A stretch of DNA of 37,847 nucleotides, taken from Candidatus Micrarchaeota archaeon. Lineage in GTDB: Archaea; Micrarchaeota; Micrarchaeia; Burarchaeales; JAKAKT01. Numbering within the stretch: position 1 is the first letter of the stretch; every line of letters starts with the position of its first letter. Under the pieces are notes generated by a model, which worked only from the letters and a program-made list of their open reading frames with translations, made no database searches and was not told the DNA's origin. The translations under genes and the position numbers were made by a program. Below are positions 17,613 through 25,212 of this stretch, one piece after another. The stretch spans positions 1 through 37,847 of the forward strand of contig CAZYPB010000001.1 of assembly GCA_964649265.1 (NCBI GenBank). Direction: 5' to 3'.

Positions 17613-19811
17613 TTAGTTTATCGCTGCATAATAGACTTGCCCTAGAGACAGTCCCCCGTCTCCGCAAGGAACCCTCTCGTTTTGGTACACATTTATTCCT
17701 TTTTTTGAAAGGTATTTCTCTATTGTGGGCGGAATGTACCTGTTATACATCACTCCTCCGCTAAGGCAGACGTCATTGATCCCTTCCTTTTTACATGCCT
17801 GCTCCGCCATTTTGGCGAACCCAATTGCAATATAATCATGAACCATACGGGCCCCTTTCTTCTTGTTTTTTTCTTTAAGAAGCTTTACGAACAGTTTGGA
17901 TATCTCAAGAACATTAACTCCGCCAACATCAATCATGGTTGGCTTTGGATTTGTTGGTGCTGATGATGCAAATGACTCGAGTCTCAGTGCAGGCTCTCCT
18001 TCATATGTCCTTTCAGAGCATCCCTCAAACAAGTAGGAAGCAGCATCCAGGACCCTGCCACACGAGCTTGTTGAAACACAATTTATCCTTCTTTCATACT
18101 GTCTTCCAAGTATGGACACTGGCATCTTGAATTTCTTGAAGGCTTTTTCTGCCTCCTCTGCTGATAGTTGGTTCCTAAGTATTGAATAAAGGGATCTGTA
18201 AGGGAACCTAGCACCCATGTCTCCCCCTATGAGTTCGAAGTTCTCGATTCTGCCAAGTCTTACTCCATCAGAATGCATAAGCTCTCCACCCCAGGCAGTT
18301 CCATCTGATCCATACCCATATCCATCCAGTATGATCCCAAGTGCCTTTTTCAGCTTGTGCTCCGCCATAACTGAGTAAAGATGGGCAAGGTGGTGCTGAA
18401 CCATAACATGTGCAGCATCATAGCCCTCTGCAAACCGGGTTGTAAAGAAATCAGGGTGAAGATCTGAGACTATGACTTCCGGTTTACACCTGAGCCAATT
18501 GAGGGTTCGCATGAAATTACCCTTGAAATTATTAAATGAGTCATAGGTATCGACATCTCCCATGAATTGTGATAGATGAGCAACTCCTCCCCTGCTAACG
18601 CAGAAATTCGCATTGAGTTCAGCACCTACCCCAGCTATGCTTTTTTTGGTGTTTATCGGTATTGGTCCAGGTGCCAGGCCTCTTGAATACCTTAGAATAG
18701 TCATCCTGTCTCCTATGAATTTAACAACTGAGTCATCGCAATTGGAGACAATATCCCGGTCATGAAGAAGCACATAATCTGCAATATCCTTTAATTTTGA
18801 GAACGCTTCATCGTTTTTGGTTATTATTGGCTCACTCTGTTGGTTTCCACTTGTCATCACCATCAACTTAAGTCCTGAGAATTTGAAAAGAAGGTAATGT
18901 ATTGGAGCATATGGAAGCATTATCCCCACGCTATCCAATCCAGGAGCGATCCCATCTATCCTCTTCTTTTCTTTCAGTATGGCTATAGGTCTTCGTGCGG
19001 AGAGCATCTCTTCTTTTTCATAGATAGATATTCTCGCTACTTCCTGGGCTGCATTCATATCTCTCGCCATTATGGCGAATGCTTTGTTCTCCCGGTATTT
19101 TCCACTTCTTAGTCTCATAACTGAGTTATGTTTCCGTGCATTGCATGCAAGGTGGTAGCCGCCTATTCCCTTTATTGCTATTATTGCCCCGTTTTTCAAC
19201 TCCTTTGCAGCTCTCTCTATTGGGTTTGAAAGTGTTTTTCCTCCAAATGTCTGAAGCTTGTACTTAGGGCCACATACCCTGCATGAAATCGGTTGTGCAT
19301 GAAACCTTCTGTCATTTGGATCAAGGTATTCCTTTTTACAGTCAGAACACATATTGAAGGTGGCCATGCTTGTTTTATCTCGGTCATAGGGCGAGTCCTT
19401 TATTATTGTAAATCTCGGACCGCAGTCTGTGCAGTTTATGAAAGGATGTAGGTATCTCCTGTCCTTCTTGTTGTTGATCTCATTTACGCAAGCAGTGCAT
19501 ACGCAGACATCGGGAGATATCTCAGGAACATCAGTGGAAGATCTAGACATTATGATCCTGAACCCCTTTGGAGCCTTTGCATTGATTTTCTTAACATCTA
19601 CACTATCTATCTTGGACAATGGGGGAGAAGAGTTCTCTATGTACGATACAAGCTTCTGGAGCTGTTTATCGTTACAGTGCACAACAATACGGACTCCAAA
19701 TCCGACATTCTGGACAGTTCCTCGTATCCCTAGCATGTTTGCAGTTCTATACACGAAAGGCCTGAATCCTACTCCTTGAACTAGGCCTCTTATTTCTATT
19801 TCATGGGCCAT
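17613..19811 (-). CDS. hypF: Carbamoyltransferase HypF
   Basis: GLVQGVGFRPF acylphosphatase domain, two Zn fingers (FINCTDCGPRF, RRFHAQPISC), KGIGGYHL, QHHLAH and DGGLSLGQ. Confidence 0.97.
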   Translation of the reverse strand: MAHEIEIRGLVQGVGFRPFVYRTANMLGIRGTVQNVGFGVRIVVHCNDKQLQKLVSYIENSSPPLSKIDSVDVKKINAKAPKGFRIIMSRSSTDVPEISPDVCVCTACVNEINNKKDRRYLHPFINCTDCGPRFTIIKDSPYDRDKTSMATFNMCSDCKKEYLDPNDRRFHAQPISCRVCGPKYKLQTFGGKTLSNPIERAAKELKNGAIIAIKGIGGYHLACNARKHNSVMRLRSGKYRENKAFAIMARDMNAAQEVARISIYEKEEMLSARRPIAILKEKKRIDGIAPGLDSVGIMLPYAPIHYLLFKFSGLKLMVMTSGNQQSEPIITKNDEAFSKLKDIADYVLLHDRDIVSNCDDSVVKFIGDRMTILRYSRGLAPGPIPINTKKSIAGVGAELNANFCVSRGGVAHLSQFMGDVDTYDSFNNFKGNFMRTLNWLRCKPEVIVSDLHPDFFTTRFAEGYDAAHVMVQHHLAHLYSVMAEHKLKKALGIILDGYGYGSDGTAWGGELMHSDGVRLGRIENFELIGGDMGARFPYRSLYSILRNQLSAEEAEKAFKKFKMPVSILGRQYERRINCVSTSSCGRVLDAASYLFEGCSERTYEGEPALRLESFASSAPTNPKPTMIDVGGVNVLEISKLFVKLLKEKNKKKGARMVHDYIAIGFAKMAEQACKKEGINDVCLSGGVMYNRYIPPTIEKYLSKKGINVYQNERVPCGDGGLSLGQVYYAAIN

Positions 19812-19860
19812 ATGGTAGTAATTAATATTTTTGTAATAAAAACCTTTACCAGGCGATTAA

Positions 19861-20067
19861 ATGTGTCTAGCGTATCCTGGGAAAGTCATATCCGTGTCCG
19901 GTAAGCAGGGTATTGTTGATTTCGGTGGAATAAAGAAAAAGGTCCGTTTCGACCTGGTTAATGTGTCAAAAGGAGACTATGTAATAGTGCACACCGGATT
20001 CGCAATAGAGAGAGTAGACAAGAAGAGTGCTGAGATTACTCTCCGCATGCTCGAGGGGATTTATTGA
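19861..20067 (+). CDS. hypC: Hydrogenase maturation chaperone HypC
   Basis: MCLAYPG start and GDYVIVHTGFAI motif. Confidence 0.97.
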   Translation: MCLAYPGKVISVSGKQGIVDFGGIKKKVRFDLVNVSKGDYVIVHTGFAIERVDKKSAEITLRMLEGIY

Positions 20068-21125
20068 ATTTCAAAGATCCTGCGATAATAAGGAAACTTA
20101 AATCAAGCATAGATTCCCACGCAAAAGGACTCCCAGAAACAAATCTGATGGAGGTTTGCGGTTCACACACTCAAGCTGTTGAGAGATTCGGTTTAAGGAA
20201 ACTTCTCCCAAAAAACATAAATCTTGTGTCCGGTCCGGGCTGTCCCGTATGTATAACTCCCCCCTCAGTAATAGAATCAGCAATAAAGATATCTGAGCAA
20301 GGTTCAGTTATCACGACCTACGGGGATCTCGCCAGAGTTCCATGTTCATCAGGATCACTTATTGACGCAAAAGCAAAGGGCTCGGACGTAAGGGTGGTCT
20401 ATTCCATATCTGATGCGGGGAAGATTGCAACAGATAACCCAGATAAAACGGTAGTTCATGTGGCAATTGGTTTTGAGACAACAGCACAGACAACAGCAGC
20501 ATTCCTCCATAGTTCCCCACCTGAAAATCTGCTTATACTCAATGGCCATAGGTGGTTTCTGCCAGCAATGGAGTTCCTCCTAAAACAAGGAGATGTTAAA
20601 ATAGACGGATACATCTGTCCTGGCCACGTGAGCACTCTTGTTGGCTCGGACGCATACAAACCACTTAGTGAAAAGTACAGAATACCTCAGGTAATAGCTG
20701 GTTTCGAACCAGTTGATATAATGCTCTCAATACTCATGCTCATAAGAATGTTAAAGAGAAAGGAACCGGGCGTTCAAAACGAATACTTGCGAGTTGTAAA
20801 ACCAGGCGGAAATCCGATTGCAATGAAATTAATGAACAACGCATTCGGTCAAGAGAACGCTCTTTGGAGGGGCCTTGGAGTTATAGGTAAAACCGGAATG
20901 AAACTCAAGAAATTCCGTGAGCATGATGCATCCAAACAATTCAAAATAATAAGAGAATCGAAATCAGAAATGCCAAAAGGATGTAAATGTGCAGATGTTC
21001 TAAAAGGAAAATCAAAGCCATCAGAATGTCCTCTTTTTGGAAAGGGGTGCGATCCAGAAAAACCAATAGGACCATGTATGGTTTCAGTTGAAGGTTCATG
21101 CCATAACGCGCTCAAATACAGATAG
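20064..21125 (+). CDS. hypD: Hydrogenase maturation protein HypD
   Basis: MEVCGSHT, GPGCPVC, GFETT, PGHVS and GPCMVSVEGSC motifs. Confidence 0.97.
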   Translation: MNFKDPAIIRKLKSSIDSHAKGLPETNLMEVCGSHTQAVERFGLRKLLPKNINLVSGPGCPVCITPPSVIESAIKISEQGSVITTYGDLARVPCSSGSLIDAKAKGSDVRVVYSISDAGKIATDNPDKTVVHVAIGFETTAQTTAAFLHSSPPENLLILNGHRWFLPAMEFLLKQGDVKIDGYICPGHVSTLVGSDAYKPLSEKYRIPQVIAGFEPVDIMLSILMLIRMLKRKEPGVQNEYLRVVKPGGNPIAMKLMNNAFGQENALWRGLGVIGKTGMKLKKFREHDASKQFKIIRESKSEMPKGCKCADVLKGKSKPSECPLFGKGCDPEKPIGPCMVSVEGSCHNALKYR

Positions 21126-21161
21126 AAAATATTTTTAAACAAGAAGAGAGTATCTCACTGC

Positions 21162-21950
21162 ATGGAAAACATTATGAGAAATCCTTATGTCGTTCTTTTA
21201 TTCTGCCTTCTTTTCGCATTCTTCTCATCATATGCAATTGAAATAGATAGTTCGATGTACATTGCAATATTTATTCTGGCAGTCATAATGACTTTCCTTA
21301 TCAGACCAGTAAGAGAACTTTACATGAAATCAACAGCCTACCTATCACTGGGAATGCTTGCTTATTGGATGATATCAAAGGATCTTGTTCTGTCCTCCGG
21401 AGGCCCAAAACCAGCGCTTTTCATATTGTTTGGTCTCACAATACTTAACTCACTTGTTTCTCTTGTCTCATATTACGATGGAAAGATGGCAGGACATGCA
21501 TTCTCCGCGGGTTCATTGGCACTCCTTTTCCTTAACTTAAGGAACCCCTATACGTTCTTTACTGTTTCACTTATCTTCTTGTCTTCCCATGTGATTGTCT
21601 ATTTCATATCAAGAATAAAGGAAAGGAGACAGATATCCGAAAAAGTTCTTAAGGCAGCACTCTTCTCTTCAGTATTTCTTTACATCTCCTCCATATTCCA
21701 AATATGGACTGGAATCTCCTGCGGTGTTTACAGCATACCGAATAGTTTTGTTTTCTGCACATCGATTATTTACCTAATAGCACTCTCTGCATTTATGGTG
21801 TGGTCTTCGTTACAGGTATTCGAATTCTTCCTTGCACATTTTAGGTATGTGAGAAAACTCGAGGGAGAATTCGTTGTTTTCTACCCAATTGACCATTTAA
21901 GAAAACCAAAAAATAAAACAGAACAGAAAACAAAAAAGAAGAAAGCCTAA
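21162..21950 (+). CDS. Polytopic membrane protein of unknown function within the hyp cluster
   Basis: About 7-8 hydrophobic helices and a Lys-rich tail, with a TATA-like TTTTTAAA upstream. Confidence 0.7.
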   Translation: MENIMRNPYVVLLFCLLFAFFSSYAIEIDSSMYIAIFILAVIMTFLIRPVRELYMKSTAYLSLGMLAYWMISKDLVLSSGGPKPALFILFGLTILNSLVSLVSYYDGKMAGHAFSAGSLALLFLNLRNPYTFFTVSLIFLSSHVIVYFISRIKERRQISEKVLKAALFSSVFLYISSIFQIWTGISCGVYSIPNSFVFCTSIIYLIALSAFMVWSSLQVFEFFLAHFRYVRKLEGEFVVFYPIDHLRKPKNKTEQKTKKKKA

Positions 21951-22942
21951 CATATTCTTGGCAGTGTTGATCCGGCCGGTACTTGAACGAGTCTTCTCCC
22001 ACCAAACTCCGTATTCATTATTACCTCTCCAGTTCCCTTACTAACCCTTCCGATAACACTTGCATTCCTTCCACTCTTTGTTTTTCTCAGTATTCTAAGC
22101 AGCTTCCCAGCATCCTTCTTTTTTACCCCGATTACAATTCTTCCTTCGCATGCAAGGGCAAGTGGATCAAAACCGAAAACCTCGCAAGCATTCCTAACAG
22201 AATCCCTTACAGGCACCATGTTCTCCTCTATGTTTATATTCGCCTTTGATTTTACAGCTAGTTCATTCAATGCCCCGGCGAGTCCTCCCCTAGTTATATC
22301 TTTCATTGAGTGTATCTCAGTTACAAGCGCACGTTTTATCATATCGTAAAGCGGAGCACAGTCAGATATGAAATTCCCTGAGAAATCTAGTTTCTCCCTT
22401 TCAGAGAATATGGCCATCTCATGTTCTCCTATTGTTCCAGATACAACGATAGAATCCCCTGCCTTCAAACCAGAATCAACAACAAGTCTACTCGCAATCC
22501 CCACGCCAAAAGCGCTGATAACAATTCCTCCAAGTTTCCCCCTCTCAAGCACCTTCGTATCTCCCCCTAGAAGATGGACTCTGTTTTTCCTAAGAACCAG
22601 AGACAACGAGCGCATTATTCTCTCCAAGTTTTTTTCACTGAAACCCTCTTCAAGAAGGAGATTGCTGTGCATTGCAATCGGCTTTGCCCCCATAACCGAA
22701 AGATCGTTTATAACGCCACATGCTGTAAGTTTCCCAATGTCCCCCCCTTTAAAGAAAAATGGGTTAACAGTGTATGAATCGGATGTAAAAACCAGATGTT
22801 CTTTTCCAAATTTTATTGCACTGCCATCATCATACCCGTCCAAACCAAGCGAGTTGTAATTCCTGTACTTGAACATCCTAGCTATCCCTTCTATGAGCAT
22901 CTGCGTTTTCCTTCCTCCTGCTCCATGAGACAGTGTTATCAT
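21947..22942 (-). CDS. hypE: Hydrogenase maturation protein HypE
   Basis: MITLSHGAGG start (ATG 22942), DSYTVNPFFFKGGDIGKL, GGDTKV, DITRGG and terminal PRIC. Confidence 0.97.
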   Translation of the reverse strand: MITLSHGAGGRKTQMLIEGIARMFKYRNYNSLGLDGYDDGSAIKFGKEHLVFTSDSYTVNPFFFKGGDIGKLTACGVINDLSVMGAKPIAMHSNLLLEEGFSEKNLERIMRSLSLVLRKNRVHLLGGDTKVLERGKLGGIVISAFGVGIASRLVVDSGLKAGDSIVVSGTIGEHEMAIFSEREKLDFSGNFISDCAPLYDMIKRALVTEIHSMKDITRGGLAGALNELAVKSKANINIEENMVPVRDSVRNACEVFGFDPLALACEGRIVIGVKKKDAGKLLRILRKTKSGRNASVIGRVSKGTGEVIMNTEFGGRRLVQVPAGSTLPRIC

Positions 22943-23024
22943 GGGTAAAGAATAAAGAAAAAAAGAGAAAAGGTTATTGGAAAACCATATTAATGAGCAT
23001 AAACGAAAAACTGACTGTGATATT

Positions 23025-24245
23025 ATGGCATTCTTGAAACTTGGAGAGAAACCAGGCCCGGAGAAGTATGTGCTGTGCACTTTCTATGTAGAAGCAGCTG
23101 ACATGAAAAAAGCAGGAGAGGAGCTTGGAGCAGAGAGCTCAATAGGCACATGGACAACCATTGCCACAATGAAGGATAGAGTGCTAAAGAACCTCGGAGC
23201 CAGGGTTTACCACATAAAAGGGAACATAATAAAGATCGCATACCCTGTTGATCTTTTCGAAGATAACAACATGCCCCAATTTCTTTCTGATGTCGCAGGA
23301 AACATATTTGGAATGAAAGGAGTAAAGAACATACGCTTCCTTGATTTTGAGCTACCGAAGAAATACATAAACTCATATCCCGGTCCGCTGTTCGGAAGGG
23401 ATAAAGTAAGAAAGGAGCTTGGGACGTATAACAACAGGAGACCACATATTGGGACAATTGTCAAACCAAAGGTCGGTCTGAACCCGAAGGAAACGGCAAA
23501 GGTAGCCCATGATGCATGGGTTGGCGGAATTGATTTTGTGAAAGATGATGAGAATCTAACAAGTCAAAAATTCTGTCCTTTTGAAAAGAGATTCGACCTT
23601 GTTTTCAAAGCAAAGGAGAAAGCAGAGGCAGAGACAGGGGAGAAGAAGATGTATGCTCCTAACATTACTGCTCCTGCAGATGTTATGCTTAAGAGAGCCG
23701 AGTATGTTAAGGAAAGAGGGAGCAATTGCATAATGATCGACATAATAACAGCAGGTTTCTCCGCACTTCAGTTCATACGATCACAGAACCTTGGAATGCT
23801 TATACATGCACACAGGGCTATGTACGCTGCGTTTGCGCGCTACCCCAGACATGGCATCGCCATGCTTCCAATAGCAAAGATGGCCAGACTATGCGGTGCA
23901 GATCAGTTGCACATAGGAACAGTTGTTGGAAAGATGGAGGGAAAAAAGGAAGAGGTTCTTGCAATACACAACAGCATAAATTCGAAATGGGGAAAACACA
24001 AACCGCTGTTCTCTGTTTGCTCTGGCGGGCTTGCACCTGAGAATGTCCCTGCGCTCATGAATATTTTCGGCAACGAGATAGTCATACAAGCAGGAGGAGG
24101 AGTCCATGGCCACCCTGACGGAACAAAAGCAGGTGCAACTGCCCTAAGGCAGGCTGTTGAGGCAACGATGCAGGGGATACCCCTAGGAACCTATGCCAAA
24201 ACACACCGGGAACTTGCTCGCTCTCCTAAAAAATGGAGATTATAG
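23025..24245 (+). CDS. rbcL: Ribulose-1,5-bisphosphate carboxylase, archaeal form III
   Basis: AESSIGTW, GNIFGMK, KPK, GIDFVKDDE, HAHRAM, QLHIGTVVGKMEG, SGG and QAGGGVHGHP motifs. Start at ATG 23025. Confidence 0.95.
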   Translation: MAFLKLGEKPGPEKYVLCTFYVEAADMKKAGEELGAESSIGTWTTIATMKDRVLKNLGARVYHIKGNIIKIAYPVDLFEDNNMPQFLSDVAGNIFGMKGVKNIRFLDFELPKKYINSYPGPLFGRDKVRKELGTYNNRRPHIGTIVKPKVGLNPKETAKVAHDAWVGGIDFVKDDENLTSQKFCPFEKRFDLVFKAKEKAEAETGEKKMYAPNITAPADVMLKRAEYVKERGSNCIMIDIITAGFSALQFIRSQNLGMLIHAHRAMYAAFARYPRHGIAMLPIAKMARLCGADQLHIGTVVGKMEGKKEEVLAIHNSINSKWGKHKPLFSVCSGGLAPENVPALMNIFGNEIVIQAGGGVHGHPDGTKAGATALRQAVEATMQGIPLGTYAKTHRELARSPKKWRL

Positions 24246-25169
24246 GGCTTTTACTTCAATGCCTATCTTGTTGAAGCTCTCGCCCTTCTTTTTTTCAGGG
24301 TAGTACACCTTGCTGTTGGTTGAGTATACGCCACCAACAACAGCATTCAACTTCCCATCCTTAACGTATTTCTCAACATCAAATTCTCCTTTTGCTAGTT
24401 CCTTATATTCCTCACTCTGCCTCTGCATGTGCATGCTCCATGTACCTGCATTTTGATCAAGGACAACAAGAACATTGAAGGTCTCACCAATATCAACAGA
24501 GTGTTCTCTTTCGTATTTCTGACCATCGGTGTCAAGGTATACTTTTCCCTCCTCAATCTCTGCTCTCAAATGCGGCAATCCTGTTGGAAACGGGTAGTTG
24601 TATGAACCTTTCTTTGTTTCCACCTGGTGTTTATGGTCATATAATGAGAACGCATAGGCGCGCTGCCTTGTTTCTGCCTTTCCTTCATCTGTGATTGTGC
24701 AGCTGAAGTTAACTGCAGTTACTCCCTCAGTTAATGCAATCTCCTGTTTCGGGGGAGGGAACGGCCCGGAATTTCCCACACCACTGCTTATCTCCTTTGG
24801 AACTTCACCAACAGCAACAAAAATTTCCTTTGCCATTCCAAGTGGAGCAGGTATTGAATCCACTGCTGAACTAGCACTGTCCGCATGGGTTGAGTCAACA
24901 TCTACATTAGTACTGTCATCCTTATTCAGAACAGGTATTGTATCAAGAACTGATTCCTCAGCAGTGCTGTCAGGTGCAACAGCATTAGAATCTGGAAGTG
25001 AGTCATAACCAAGTATATCCTTTAGTTTGTCCATGGTTTCTTGCGGCAAGCCTGCTGAAGAGAAAAGCCTGTCCCAATCAACCTTTGTTGTACCATCAGT
25101 TATATTTTCGAATCCTTTCTTCTTTTCGGATTTTGGTTCAATCCCCCTAACAAGCTGAAATACAAACAT
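24240..25169 (-). CDS. Orphan protein: MFVFQ leader, Asp/Ser-rich linker, beta-rich C-terminal domain shared with the adjacent 25213..28014 gene
   Basis: Long ORF with a GGTGG RBS before ATG 25169; paralogy of the C-terminal domain is visible by eye. Confidence 0.8.
   Translation of the reverse strand: MFVFQLVRGIEPKSEKKKGFENITDGTTKVDWDRLFSSAGLPQETMDKLKDILGYDSLPDSNAVAPDSTAEESVLDTIPVLNKDDSTNVDVDSTHADSASSAVDSIPAPLGMAKEIFVAVGEVPKEISSGVGNSGPFPPPKQEIALTEGVTAVNFSCTITDEGKAETRQRAYAFSLYDHKHQVETKKGSYNYPFPTGLPHLRAEIEEGKVYLDTDGQKYEREHSVDIGETFNVLVVLDQNAGTWSMHMQRQSEEYKELAKGEFDVEKYVKDGKLNAVVGGVYSTNSKVYYPEKKKGESFNKIGIEVKAL
24331..24490. repeat. 160-bp exact direct repeat, copy 1
   Basis: Identical to 25271..25430 (ccaccaacaacagc...gtctcaccaa); flanking bases differ. 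Confidence 0.95.
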
Positions 25170-25202
25170 ACGTACCACCCATTTTTATTTTGTGTTTTTA
25201 AG

Positions 25203-25211
25203 TTTAAGTAC
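25203..25211 (-). promoter_or_regulatory. GTACTTAAA box 33 nt upstream of the MFVFQ gene (putative promoter)
   Basis: Same 9-mer and same spacing as at 30764..30772. Confidence 0.6.
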
Positions 25212-25212
25212 T

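Noticed and set aside
23025-24245. RuBisCO-like protein (form IV) or a Calvin cycle
   Set aside because: The catalytic motifs match bona fide form III, and no small subunit or phosphoribulokinase is in the window.
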